Assembly: GCA_903874955.1 (NCBI GenBank)
Contig: CAIQTY010000037.1
Span: forward strand, 5,397 to 69,396
Direction of reading: 5' to 3'
Origin: an uncultured Alphaproteobacteria bacterium
GTDB taxonomy: Bacteria; Pseudomonadota; Alphaproteobacteria; Paracaedibacterales; CAITNM01
Length of the DNA: 64,000 bases
The first letter of the stretch is position 1; each line of letters opens with the position of its first letter. The position numbers and the translations under genes were made by a program. Shown one piece after another: positions 36,446 to 45,864 of this stretch. The notes under the pieces are model-generated. The model searched no databases, had not been told where the DNA came from, and was given only the letters and a program-made list of their open reading frames with translations.

Positions 36446-37786
36446 TTAATGGTACTGATAAAAAGGTTTTAAGCCATCTGCATATCCTGAGTCGATCATG
36501 GTAAAACCTAATAGATTAGCTATTTCCTTGTTTTCAAATTTTTGTGCACTTAGCGCTCGTTGATCAAAACTGAAAACTGATCCATGGCTACTAAAGCTTA
36601 CCATGTCCTGATTTTTACGCAGGTTTAGCTTCTGTTTGATTGTTTGCCAAACACCTGAAAAACTTATACTTTTTAGCGAAGTGAATCTTTTTCTGAAAAG
36701 TTCCAAAGGATCCAAAGGATCCATATCGGCTGATTTAAGTGCTTTCACCTGTTCATCTTCTAGTTCTAAAATAGATGTTAGTGCTTTTTCGCTAATACTT
36801 GCTGCGTAAACATTGCGTAAATTATGGCAAAAACAATATGCTAGCATTTGCTCTTCACCAGGAAGATCCTGCATTTTAGTGACCAATTCTAAATTTTTGG
36901 CATCTTGATAAAAACCAAAGGTTTTAAAAAACACATCAACAACTGCTGCAGCTTGTTGTTTTAGAGCATTATCTTCTTTAAACAGCTGAGCAACTCGGTA
37001 TTCAAGGAAATGTTCAGGGTTAATAGCTTTCCAAGGGTTATCCGATGCTTGCATCGCCTTATTAAACTGTAAAATTTCCAATGATTCTTGATCTGTTGCT
37101 CCATCAGCTATAAGCGTGTTGTCTTTTTTCACTCCCAGTGCCATAAGCATTAATTTGTATAATCCATAGTTATAAAATACTCTGTTATCATCTAACATTT
37201 GGTGTGTTTTAAATATCATAATATGCCCAAAAATTTTTACTTTTTGATCTTTAGAATCAGTAGTTGATGGCAGGCGAACTATATTTGCGTCAAGATGATT
37301 GTCTTTTCTTGATAATAAGTGAGGAAAAAAACTCGGCGCAGCAAGCTGATTTTGAGGATCTAACCTGGCTATGTAATCCTTACCATCTTCAATAGTGATA
37401 CTGCCTTTTAAAACTCTATTGATAAAACTTTCAAAAGGACTTTCGTGCCTATCTCTTTCAGAGCGAAAAATTTCATACCACTTATAAAAATGTTCCGCTG
37501 TTTCTAAAAACCATTCATAGCGGCTTTTGCAAAGGCCTAGAGGTTTGAATTCTTTATCAAGTATTTCTCCATTATTATTATTTCTAATATTTTGAAGTTT
37601 TTTATAATTATCCCAGCAGGATAGGAAACAAACAGCTCCCACTTGCTGAGGGACCAAGTAAATATGGGGTTTTTGATCTTGCCTATCTATTTTTGCTTCT
37701 TCAGAACTTGAATTGGCTACGGAGAAAAACGCTAGGTTAATACTAAAAAATATTAAGAAATTTTTAATTTTTAAATTTTTAATCAT
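36446..37786 (-). CDS. orphan secreted protein, 446 aa
   Basis: Signal-peptide-like MIKNLKIKNFLIFFSINLAFFSVANSS. AT-rich. I recognise no family. Confidence 0.6.
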   Translation of the reverse strand: MIKNLKIKNFLIFFSINLAFFSVANSSSEEAKIDRQDQKPHIYLVPQQVGAVCFLSCWDNYKKLQNIRNNNNGEILDKEFKPLGLCKSRYEWFLETAEHFYKWYEIFRSERDRHESPFESFINRVLKGSITIEDGKDYIARLDPQNQLAAPSFFPHLLSRKDNHLDANIVRLPSTTDSKDQKVKIFGHIMIFKTHQMLDDNRVFYNYGLYKLMLMALGVKKDNTLIADGATDQESLEILQFNKAMQASDNPWKAINPEHFLEYRVAQLFKEDNALKQQAAAVVDVFFKTFGFYQDAKNLELVTKMQDLPGEEQMLAYCFCHNLRNVYAASISEKALTSILELEDEQVKALKSADMDPLDPLELFRKRFTSLKSISFSGVWQTIKQKLNLRKNQDMVSFSSHGSVFSFDQRALSAQKFENKEIANLLGFTMIDSGYADGLKPFYQYH

Positions 37787-37857
37787 TAGTAATAAATCTT
37801 ACAAAAATTATATTCTATTTATAGATTTAATAGTTCATAAATTCAACCGAATTTGGT

Positions 37858-38427
37858 TTAAAGTTTCTTATTTTTGAGTTTTTTAAAAGCGTAATAAACA
37901 ATTAATAAAACTACAGCAATAGCAATGGCAAGGAACAAATAGTTTTTGAAGGTTTCTATATTTTTAAGAACTTTTTCCAGTACATCGCCTAGCATATACC
38001 CTGTATAACAGCTGACTAAGGTCCAGATTAATGCAGATAAAACATTTAAAGGGGCGAATTTTTTTTGGTCTATGTTCGCTGCACCAATGACAATTGGGCT
38101 TATAACGCGAATACCATAGATAAACCTGAATGATAGAATAAACCATTTATCAAAACGGTGGAGTAACTTGAAAGCTTTATCAGCTTTAGGGCGAAGTTTT
38201 GGAAATCGCTCGAAAAAAGCTGGTCCATAGCGCCTACCTAATACAAACAATCCTTGATCTACAACTACCGTGGTGCAAAAGGTAATCAGCATAATTTTGT
38301 AAATGTTCATGTAGCCTAACGCTGCTAAGGCAGAGGAGGTCAATATAACTGTCTCTCCCTCAACAATAGCGCCGAGAAAAACGGCTATATAGCCCCATTC
38401 ATGAACAAATGCTAAGAACGATTCCAT
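37858..38427 (-). CDS. DedA-family inner-membrane protein
   Basis: WGYIAVFLGAIVEGETV... and FIYGIRVISPIVIGA, the typical DedA/SNARE-associated pattern. Confidence 0.8.
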   Translation of the reverse strand: MESFLAFVHEWGYIAVFLGAIVEGETVILTSSALAALGYMNIYKIMLITFCTTVVVDQGLFVLGRRYGPAFFERFPKLRPKADKAFKLLHRFDKWFILSFRFIYGIRVISPIVIGAANIDQKKFAPLNVLSALIWTLVSCYTGYMLGDVLEKVLKNIETFKNYLFLAIAIAVVLLIVYYAFKKLKNKKL

Positions 38428-38495
38428 TTAACTCTAACTGATTACTAGCGCATAACTATAGCAAAATTAGCTTTATCCAGCAATTCGTTGAAAAT

Positions 38496-38526
38496 AGCTA
38501 AATCCAAAGTGACTCGGGACTTAGCT
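38496..38526 (-). terminator. hairpin downstream of the 68-aa gene
   Basis: On the minus strand AGCUAAGUCC-(loop)-GGAUUUAGCU gives 10 bp including one G-U, followed by AUUUUCAA. Confidence 0.3.
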
Positions 38527-38556
38527 GTTTAAAAGGTATTAACAAGCAAACAATTT

Positions 38557-38763
38557 TTATTTAATAATGTTATAAGTCTGCAAGTTACTCCCTTTTTTCA
38601 TACATTTTCCGTCTGATTTGATGCTACCTCCAGAATTGCGACATTTCTCGGTTTTGCGTTGAACTTGCTCTGGACTATCGGCTGCAGGTGCAGGTGATGA
38701 TGCAGCAGATAAATTATGAGCCACAAGGCTGGACAAAATAAGTGCTAGTGTTAAATATTTCAT
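38557..38763 (-). CDS. small secreted protein (68 aa)
   Basis: Signal peptide MKYLTLALILSSLVAHNLSAASS. The mature part has 2 Cys and is Lys-rich. Confidence 0.4.
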   Translation of the reverse strand: MKYLTLALILSSLVAHNLSAASSPAPAADSPEQVQRKTEKCRNSGGSIKSDGKCMKKGSNLQTYNIIK

Positions 38764-38853
38764 TGATTACTCCTTCAAAATTAAACAAGTGGAAATCTTA
38801 TTTTCCTATTATAAAATTAATATTTAGTTAATTTTTCAAGAGAGTATATTTTT

Positions 38854-40584
38854 TTATTTAAGTCGTATATTTCTAATACTAACTGCAATCCCGATAAGCA
38901 CAAAAAGTATTCCAAACCAAAAAATATTAATATAAGGCTTCAAAATTAGTTCTATTTTCCATTTGTTTTGCTCCACAAAACAGGTTCCGTGAATATCGTC
39001 TAAATAGTGTTGAATCCACGCAGGCTGATGTTTCGTTAGATGGCTGATATGAAAATGCTGGCGTTCAGGAATTAGCTCTTTTCCACTCAGGTTAAATTTT
39101 AAAATTTCTTTAGTCATTTGTTTGGTTTCAAGAGTGTTCGTTGATTGGTACCTAATAGGTTGAGACGCAAAAGTTGGAGGTAATTTTGAGATATCATATT
39201 CTTGTTTAACAGTGAATATTTCACTATGACTTGCGCCTAAAATGCAAAGGCCAATACCCAGGTGACTGGCCACAAAACCTTTTGAGAATAAGTGTTTTAA
39301 AACGTTGCTTGTGCTAATGATAAGCCAAAAACTTATTAGCGCTGAGCAAGCAGCTAACAGATGAAAATAAGGTTGTGCCCAGGTGCACCAGACACAAACT
39401 CCTAAAAAAGCACAGATAAAATTCCATAGATGAATTTTTTGAAATGTCATCTGCGGAGCAAGTACACAAAAACTCAAGGCTATCAGCAAGAATGGATTAA
39501 TGTATTGATGAAAGAAATTTTCATCTATTGCGAGCTCAATACCAAAGAAAATTTTAAAAAAAACAGGAAAAATAATGAGACTGACCAAAATTCCTAGCAT
39601 CACAAGAAATCCATACGGAATAAGATCTCGTGCTAAAAATGAATAAGATGTAACTGATCTATTTTTGTATAAAACTAAAATCGATATTAAGCTAACGGCT
39701 AGTGTGCAAAGTCCCAGCCAAATCCCATTATTCAGGTCGAAACCAAAACTATGAACCGAGACTAAAACACCAGATCGCACAAGGGTAAGGCCAAGCATGA
39801 CCATAGGAAAAGAGATCAGCAAGCAGTTCCTAAAAATTTTTTCATCAGTTTTTTTTGCATGAACAGCTGCAGCGATTGCTAGCCATGGGAATAAGGAAAC
39901 GGTTTCAACAGGATCCCAAAACCAGAATCCTCCCCAACCAAGTTCTCCGTAAGCCCAGCGAGCCCCTAGGACTAGCCCTAATGTTATAAAAAAAAAACAA
40001 ATGCGCGTGTACTGTTGAATTTTGGAGTGGATAGGATTTACGCATGCCATTACCCAAAGTGCAAAACATAAAGTTTGTCCTGCGTATAATATAGGGGGGT
40101 GAATTGCTAAATACGGATTCTGTAGGGCAGGATTTAGATCTTGTCCCGCTGCAGCCTTTATTGCCAAAATTACAAAGGGATTTGCTTGAAAGTAAAGGTA
40201 TCCTCCTAGTGCTAATAGTACAAAAGCTGATAAGCGGATTGAATGTAAATCTTTCAGTAATAGTGCTGCCCATGCAGTTAAAAACATATAGAATAAAAGC
40301 ATTGATCCTTCATGATTTCCCCAAATTCCTGCAATTTTGTATAAAAGAGGGGTGCTTTCATGAGAATTCAACCATACATTACTAATAGTTAAATTATTTG
40401 TAAGGTAGAAAAACAATAAACAAAAAACACTGAAAATACTTATAAAAAAAGGTGTTCGAATTGATATACTATGCTGGTTTGTAAAAATTTTTTTTATAAG
40501 GAGTAATGCTAGTAATGCGAAGATTATATCGATTGAAAAAATTAATAAATATAAAGGATTAACCAATAACCTCAAATCCATCAA
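38854..40584 (-). CDS. ccmF: cytochrome c-type biogenesis heme lyase subunit CcmF
   Basis: WGNHEGSMLL, LAIHPPILYAG and the WWD-type motif ELGWGGFWFWDPVE, with many TM segments. Confidence 0.85.
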   Translation of the reverse strand: MMDLRLLVNPLYLLIFSIDIIFALLALLLIKKIFTNQHSISIRTPFFISIFSVFCLLFFYLTNNLTISNVWLNSHESTPLLYKIAGIWGNHEGSMLLFYMFLTAWAALLLKDLHSIRLSAFVLLALGGYLYFQANPFVILAIKAAAGQDLNPALQNPYLAIHPPILYAGQTLCFALWVMACVNPIHSKIQQYTRICFFFITLGLVLGARWAYGELGWGGFWFWDPVETVSLFPWLAIAAAVHAKKTDEKIFRNCLLISFPMVMLGLTLVRSGVLVSVHSFGFDLNNGIWLGLCTLAVSLISILVLYKNRSVTSYSFLARDLIPYGFLVMLGILVSLIIFPVFFKIFFGIELAIDENFFHQYINPFLLIALSFCVLAPQMTFQKIHLWNFICAFLGVCVWCTWAQPYFHLLAACSALISFWLIISTSNVLKHLFSKGFVASHLGIGLCILGASHSEIFTVKQEYDISKLPPTFASQPIRYQSTNTLETKQMTKEILKFNLSGKELIPERQHFHISHLTKHQPAWIQHYLDDIHGTCFVEQNKWKIELILKPYINIFWFGILFVLIGIAVSIRNIRLK

Positions 40585-41363
40585 ATGAATTCTTTAAGAA
40601 TTGATATTAGTACTTCAACCATAATCAGAATAATGATAACCCATTCAAGGAAAGATGAATGGGCGTGTTTTAATTCATTGCTTAGAATTTCGTACAATTC
40701 ATGAATGACGTTGAGTTTGCCATTTAGAATATTAAGTCGCACTTGGATATCAAGAAACTCAACGGCTTGTTGGTAAAATGGTTCATAGCGTGGACGTTTC
40801 CAGAAAAATTCAGGCGTATCAAGAGCATAAGAATCAAGATTTATTGAGTTTTTTTGGGAAAACAGCTTACCTATGTGTTGTGAGATTTTTTTCCTAGAAA
40901 GGGTTATTTTTCCTTTCTCAGCTAGCTCTGCTGGCAAGTGCCTCGTATTCTGAATTGTTTTATCAATTTCGTGTTCAAAAACTGATAGTTTTGCAGATTG
41001 TGATAACCCATAGGAAAGAGAAACCTTAAGCAGTAAGTCTTCAGATTGTAAAATTATCCGATCTTCTTCTTCGTCGATAAGTGTTTCTGGTCCATATTCA
41101 TAAAAAAAAGTGTCTTCTTGAACTTGCGCGAGCGCAGATTTTAGGTAAGGAGATAGTTTAACAAGAAATTCTTTTTCCTCAGAGGCTGTGTAGCCCCAAA
41201 ATACAACTGCTCCGTAAGCAAAAACACACAGAGTGTGTCCTTGTTCGATCGAAATGATAACGAGTTCGTCGAAAAGTTGCGCATTTACAGATACGGTTTT
41301 ATAGGCATTAAAAACCGCCCCTATGTCATAAGTAAGACCAGTACAATATGATGCGCAGCGCAT
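40581..41363 (-). CDS. RMD1/DUF155-family protein
   Basis: LCVFAYGAVVFWGYTASEE resembles the DUF155 core (F.F.YG..VFW). There is a single C-terminal TM. The stop overlaps the ccmF start by 4 nt. Confidence 0.55.
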   Translation of the reverse strand: MRCASYCTGLTYDIGAVFNAYKTVSVNAQLFDELVIISIEQGHTLCVFAYGAVVFWGYTASEEKEFLVKLSPYLKSALAQVQEDTFFYEYGPETLIDEEEDRIILQSEDLLLKVSLSYGLSQSAKLSVFEHEIDKTIQNTRHLPAELAEKGKITLSRKKISQHIGKLFSQKNSINLDSYALDTPEFFWKRPRYEPFYQQAVEFLDIQVRLNILNGKLNVIHELYEILSNELKHAHSSFLEWVIIILIMVEVLISILKEFI

Positions 41364-41369
41364 AAATGT

Positions 41370-42833
41370 TTACTCTGTAATGTGCACTACTTTTGTTCCA
41401 TCTATTTTTACAGCGTATTTGAGCGCTTTGACTTTTTCTTCAAATGGCCCCATCAAAAGACGGTAAACGGTTTCTCCATCACTTGTTTCTGACTCTTTAA
41501 TTTGTGATTTCATTCCCTTAAGATTAAACTTAGCTTGCACTCGTTTCCATTCTCTTAATGCCGCAGCTTCTGTTTTTACAGTTGCTAGTTGCACAAAGAA
41601 TTTACCTTTAATTGTTGGCGTTGTGTTTGTTTTTAACGTAACATCAGGCTCAATTTGTTCCACGGTTTCTGGTTTTTTTGTATCATTTGGTGTTTGCCTC
41701 TCACTAGATTGTGCTTGGTTATTCACCCGAGCATTACCAGCTTGCTCTGATTGAAACTGACGTCTTGGTTGTCTAGGAGTTTGAGTGGTGGATGGATAGC
41801 TCTGCTGTTGGGCAGGAGTCATTTTTTGCTCCATTGGCTCATCATCGTACAAGGGTTGTTGTTGCTCAGAGCTATGCTCTTGATTGGCAGGATGAGAACT
41901 TTGGTGGTTATTACTCATCATTGAAGGTTTTTCAGGAGGTGGCAGGAGTCTCTCGGCTGGTTCCTCTGAATTTCCCTCTCCAATGCGGTCATAGATAAGC
42001 TTGTCTTGATAAGGAATATTGATGCCGCCTCTATGATCTGGCGATATTTTATGAGGGCCTGTTTCAGCATGAATAAGAGGGGGGGTGTCTGATGATGGGG
42101 ATTTTGCCCATTTGTAAGCAAACCATGAAAGACCAGCGACTAGGGCAATTCCTGCAACTGCTACTAATGATTTGATAGGTGAATTACTATCATTTTCGTT
42201 TTCTGGTTGGTCAAAGCCAGAATTAGCATGGGTTTCCTGCATAAAAGCCAAAGACCTAGCATCTTCACGAACATAATCTGCTGTATATTGTGAGGGTGCT
42301 GCTCCTGAGTGGTTTTGACTTGGATTATTGTATTCTTGGAAGTAATTTTTTTGTCCCGCCAACTGGCTCGCTTGAACGGGATGCATGTACGATTTTTGCT
42401 GATCTGTCATGATTCCAGGTTGTTGCTGGGTCATTTGTGGATGCGCCATACCATAAGGCTGTCCTGCTGAGGAATTGAGTATTGGCTGTTGCGGATAGTT
42501 CTGCCTGGGTATATTTCCAAATCCAGATTGCTGTTGAGGCGGGAAGTTGGAACCGTTGCCATTTCCATTCCCATGAAAAGTTTGTTGTTGGGGCTGATTT
42601 TGTGGATGAAATTGTTGTCTCGGCTGCATAGTTTGAAATTGTTGAGGTCCCTGAGGACTGTGCATACCAAATTCGTTATTAAACCTTGGATCAAAGCCTT
42701 GATGATTGCTCATTGGTTGGGCATACATCGTTGAATCAATTATGTTTTGTTGATTAGACGAATTTTGAAAAAAAGGTTCTTGCTGAGGCGACTGCTCACG
42801 GACGTCGCCGCGTCGTCTGAATTGAAATGACAT
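41370..42833 (-). CDS. SPOR-domain protein with long Q/P-rich disordered N-terminus and one TM
   Basis: The C-terminal ~80 aa (FFVQLATVKTEAAALREWKRVQAKF...YRLLMGPFEEKVKALKY) is SPOR-like. A TM sits at VAVAGIALVAGLSWFAY. Confidence 0.75.
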   Translation of the reverse strand: MSFQFRRRGDVREQSPQQEPFFQNSSNQQNIIDSTMYAQPMSNHQGFDPRFNNEFGMHSPQGPQQFQTMQPRQQFHPQNQPQQQTFHGNGNGNGSNFPPQQQSGFGNIPRQNYPQQPILNSSAGQPYGMAHPQMTQQQPGIMTDQQKSYMHPVQASQLAGQKNYFQEYNNPSQNHSGAAPSQYTADYVREDARSLAFMQETHANSGFDQPENENDSNSPIKSLVAVAGIALVAGLSWFAYKWAKSPSSDTPPLIHAETGPHKISPDHRGGINIPYQDKLIYDRIGEGNSEEPAERLLPPPEKPSMMSNNHQSSHPANQEHSSEQQQPLYDDEPMEQKMTPAQQQSYPSTTQTPRQPRRQFQSEQAGNARVNNQAQSSERQTPNDTKKPETVEQIEPDVTLKTNTTPTIKGKFFVQLATVKTEAAALREWKRVQAKFNLKGMKSQIKESETSDGETVYRLLMGPFEEKVKALKYAVKIDGTKVVHITE

Positions 42834-43224
42834 TAGGTAATCTCCCCTAAATGACTCAGGATAAATTTGAATTGTTACAAAATAAGATAGTATGTTCTTG
42901 GAATAATTGCAAAAAAGTTTTGAATTACAGTCCTAGAATATCTTTTGGATATCCTCTTATCAAAAACTACAAATCATCAAAAACAGTCATATTTTTATTT
43001 AATAAAAAATTCATATAAATACATAATTTATTAATAAATCCAATTGTATAATAATTTTAAATTTAAATTAAAAATAATTTAATGAAAAAAATATTTTTTA
43101 ATAATTTTTTTACTATTTTGCAAAATCTTTTAGTGCAGATCAAGAAATTATCCTTTTTCTGCGAACTATTTATCTGTGGAAGCTTCCTGGTCAGTTCATG
43201 CAATTTCAAAGAAGGTAGAGCTTT

Positions 43225-43881
43225 ATGAAAGTTTTTTTCTATATATTGTTTGGGTTTTTTTTTAGTTTTGCACCTGCCTATGCAGCATATGGTGCTTATG
43301 ATGATGATCCAAGCACAATGGCTGATGATGGAAGCGATCCGAGTGCAGATCCTTATGCAGATCCGAATGCAGGTAATGATGGAAGTGATCCGAGTGCAGA
43401 TCCTTATGCAGATCCGAATGCAGGTGATGATGGAAGCGATCCGAGTGCAGATCCTTATGCAGATCCGAATGCAGGTAATGATGGAAGCGATCAGAATGCA
43501 GGTAATGATGGAAGCGATCAGAATGCAGGTAATGATGGAAGCGATCAGAATGCAGGCGATGATGGAAGCGATCCGAGTGCAGATCCGATGCAGGCACCGG
43601 CAGCTAATGCAAGAGCTGCAGCGCCTGGTGGTCCTTTGACTAAAAAAATCAAGAAACCAAAGCCTAAGACGTCAAAGATGCGAAACAAGAGAGGGGTAAA
43701 GCAAAAGAAGCCAAAAGGTAAAATGCCTAGATTTTTTGGCAAAAAAAACAAGAAATCAAAGGGAAAACCAAAACCTAAAATGCAGCAAAAAAAGCGTTCA
43801 AAACAAAAAACGCCAAAGAAAAATCGTGCAAAATTAAAGAAGCCAAACAAGAAAGCCAAAAGTCTAAAATGCCGCAATTGA
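43225..43881 (+). CDS. secreted repeat protein: acidic DGSDPSADPYADPNAG repeats plus Lys/Pro-rich basic tail
   Basis: Signal peptide MKVFFYILFGFFFSFAPAYA, 17-aa x3 and 9-aa x3 repeats, and a tail KKIKKPKPKTSKMRNKRGVKQKKPKGK... Confidence 0.65.
   Translation: MKVFFYILFGFFFSFAPAYAAYGAYDDDPSTMADDGSDPSADPYADPNAGNDGSDPSADPYADPNAGDDGSDPSADPYADPNAGNDGSDQNAGNDGSDQNAGNDGSDQNAGDDGSDPSADPMQAPAANARAAAPGGPLTKKIKKPKPKTSKMRNKRGVKQKKPKGKMPRFFGKKNKKSKGKPKPKMQQKKRSKQKTPKKNRAKLKKPNKKAKSLKCRN
43327..43587. repeat. in-frame tandem repeats: 51 bp x3 (43327-43479), 27 bp x3 (43480-43560), partial unit to 43587
   Basis: Directly visible near-identical units gatggaagcgatccgagtgcagatccttatgcagatccgaatgcaggtaat and gatggaagcgatcagaatgcaggtaat. 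Confidence 0.9.
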
Positions 43882-44084
43882 ATCGTCAAAAATCTAGCGT
43901 GTCGAGGGTTTGTGAATTTCTTGGAAAAAAGGAAAAAAGAAAACTATCGTAAAATAGTTTGCATTTTTTATGACTTAGTTTTTAAGGATCAAAAAGGTGC
44001 TGTGCTGGGTATAATGGACTGCGCAAAATCTTGCATGGTTTAGCTCATCACTTACAAAACCTGAAATCAGAGTTATGCTTGGTT

Positions 44085-44975
44085 TCATTTAATCACGTTG
44101 TTTTTTTTAGCTTTCTTTCCCTTTTTCTTTTTTTTTCCTTTTTTAGCTTTCTTAGCCTGTTTTCTTTTTTTATTTTTTGAATCTTTTTTACCGTTCTTTG
44201 CTGCAGCTTCTGCTTTTTTGGCTGCTGCCTCAACCTTTTTTTCTTCTTTTTCAAGTTTATTTTCTTTACCTGCTAAGCTACGCTCATTCTTTTGAAGTTT
44301 TTTCACTTCTTTTTTTAGATTTTCTGCATCTTCTGGGGCATCTTCCTTAGTTTTTTCTATTATACTTTTTGCTGCAACTTCTTCTTTTTTAGCTTTTGAA
44401 ACCTCTTTTTTTGCTGTAGATGCAAGGTTTTTCATTTTTTTTACTTCTTTTTTTAACTTGCTCGCCAATTTTTTCGCGGCTTTCGGGTCTTTCACTTTGT
44501 TTGAAGCGTTTTCAAGAGTTTTTGCATTTTTGAGTTCTATATCAACTTTCTTTATCGTCGAGCCAATTTTACTCTCTTCTTTGACAACTTTTTTTATTTC
44601 TTTGTTTGCTTTTTTAGCTGCGGTTTTGGCTGCTTTTTGTTTTGCAAGATCCTCTTCTTCAGTTCCATCACTTGCCTGGCCATCTTGATCGGCGTCACCA
44701 TCGTCTGCCTGGTCATTTTGATTACCGTTATCATTCCCACCTGTATCTTCGTTGTCTCCTTGGTCTAGTGAGTCAGCATTGTTTCCATCTCCATCATTAT
44801 TGTCATCACTGCCTATTTGATTGTCTGCTTCATCGTCCATTGCAGAATCATCCTCAGTAAAGCTTTGCTGATTCATGTCGTCATCTAAGTCACTAAAATC
44901 ACCAGCCTTCAAGTGTGCTAAATTACCAATATTTAAACAAAAAATACTTAATAAAAAAAACTGAATAATTTTCAT
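44085..44975 (-). CDS. secreted protein: acidic D/N/G/Q-rich half plus K/E/A coiled-coil and poly-Lys tail
   Basis: Signal peptide MKIIQFFLLSIFCLNIGNLAHL, an acidic ~90 aa region, then KAAKTAAKKANKEIKK... ending KKRKQAKKAKKGKKKKKGKKAKK. Confidence 0.65.
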   Translation of the reverse strand: MKIIQFFLLSIFCLNIGNLAHLKAGDFSDLDDDMNQQSFTEDDSAMDDEADNQIGSDDNNDGDGNNADSLDQGDNEDTGGNDNGNQNDQADDGDADQDGQASDGTEEEDLAKQKAAKTAAKKANKEIKKVVKEESKIGSTIKKVDIELKNAKTLENASNKVKDPKAAKKLASKLKKEVKKMKNLASTAKKEVSKAKKEEVAAKSIIEKTKEDAPEDAENLKKEVKKLQKNERSLAGKENKLEKEEKKVEAAAKKAEAAAKNGKKDSKNKKRKQAKKAKKGKKKKKGKKAKKNNVIK

Positions 44976-45256
44976 GAATACCTACTAGCTTTAATATTTT
45001 AATTTTAAATTTTTGCAATCAAAAATTAAAATATGCAACCAAGCATTATAACTATAAATATAGTATATGTTAGTTTCTTAATAATTCACTAAAACATGTG
45101 GATTGTTATTTTAAAAAAATGTTGAAAAAACGAATCTCTTTAAAAATCCAGAGCGCTGCTGTTGATTTTTTTATTTTTGTGAAACTGATTTTTTAAACCT
45201 TCTTTTTTAATTTGAAACACAATACACTACAAAAGATAAGAAAATTTTATTTGTTT

Positions 45257-45475
45257 ATGAGTAAAAAAAATTATGAGGTAGATCTTGAGGCTGGTAAAAC
45301 TTATTACTGGTGTACATGCGGATTGACTAATAATCAGCCTTTTTGCGATGGAGCGCATAAAGGTACTGGGGGAAAATCATTACCTTTTGTTGAGCCTGTC
45401 ACACAAAGTCGTTATCTTTGTGGTTGTAAGAAAACAAAAACTCCTCCTTATTGTGACGGAAGCCATGATCAATAA
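45257..45475 (+). CDS. CDGSH-type iron-sulfur domain protein (two CDGSH motifs)
   Basis: C.C....PFCDGAHK and C.C....PYCDGSHD. ATG at 45257 (MSKKNYEV) is preferred over the track's TTG. Confidence 0.8.
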   Translation: MSKKNYEVDLEAGKTYYWCTCGLTNNQPFCDGAHKGTGGKSLPFVEPVTQSRYLCGCKKTKTPPYCDGSHDQ

Positions 45476-45764
45476 ATGTTTATTAAAAAAACGATTCTGT
45501 TTATGTAAATAAGCTGCTCAACTGCTTAATTTTCATGCGAATTTAATTTTTTAAAAATAAAAAATCATTAAATTTATGATTTTAGAATTAAAAAAATGCT
45601 TATGAGAGGATTAATATTCTTGGATTTTGCTTAAAAGATTTTTTTGTATTACCCTTACAATTGTAAAATGTTCTAGACCTATTCGGAATAAAGCTTGATT
45701 TATGCAAAAGTATTGTCAGCGATATCTTGGCAATGAGTATAAATACCGCTACATTTCAGCATGC

Positions 45765-45841
45765 GCACCCGTAGCTCAGCTGGATAGAGCGTTGCCCTCC
45801 GGAGGCAAAGGTCGTACGTTCGAATCGTGTCGGGTGCGCCA
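45765..45841 (+). tRNA. tRNA-Arg (anticodon CCG), CCA encoded
   Basis: Hand-folded cloverleaf: acceptor GCACCCG/CGGGTGC, D arm GCTC-AGCTGGATA-GAGC, anticodon arm TTGCC-CTCCGGA-GGCAA, T arm GTACG-TTCGAAT-CGTGT, discriminator G, CCA. It is near-identical in layout to E. coli tRNA-Arg(CCG). Confidence 0.95.
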
Positions 45842-45864
45842 AGATCAGATAATAGGGACCGCCT

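Noticed and set aside
42850-43224. CtrA-type TTAA-N7-TTAA boxes and DnaA-box-like words in the very AT-rich spacers
   Set aside because: In spacers that are about 90 percent A/T such patterns occur by chance. Without a statistical scan or conservation they are not reportable.
43082-43228. 48-codon upstream ORF (MKKIFFNNFFTILQ...FLVSSCNFKEGRAL) ending in ATGA overlap with the repeat-protein start
   Set aside because: It lies in a spacer that is almost pure A/T, where such ORFs arise by chance. It has no SD and an odd position for its lipobox-like LVSSC. It is noted only in case of translational coupling.
43327-43587. Regularly spaced repeats that could be mistaken for a CRISPR array
   Set aside because: The units are contiguous with no unique spacers, are in-frame within a CDS, and are only 51 or 27 bp tandem copies. 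No cas genes are in the window.
43250-43889. Three extra ORFs (43250-43639 +, 43262-43597 -, 43545-43889 -) overlapping the repeat protein gene
   Set aside because: They are alternative-frame or antisense readings of the same 51/27-bp tandem repeats and the poly-Lys tail. Their products are monotonous (MQIRMQVMME..., HSDRFHH...) and lack starts with RBS. Only the frame with a signal peptide and a coherent architecture was kept.
42834-45841. Genomic island integrated at tRNA-Arg
   Set aside because: The AT-rich accessory genes lie on the 5' side of the tRNA. There is no integrase, and I saw no duplicated tRNA 3' fragment. The composition alone is not enough.
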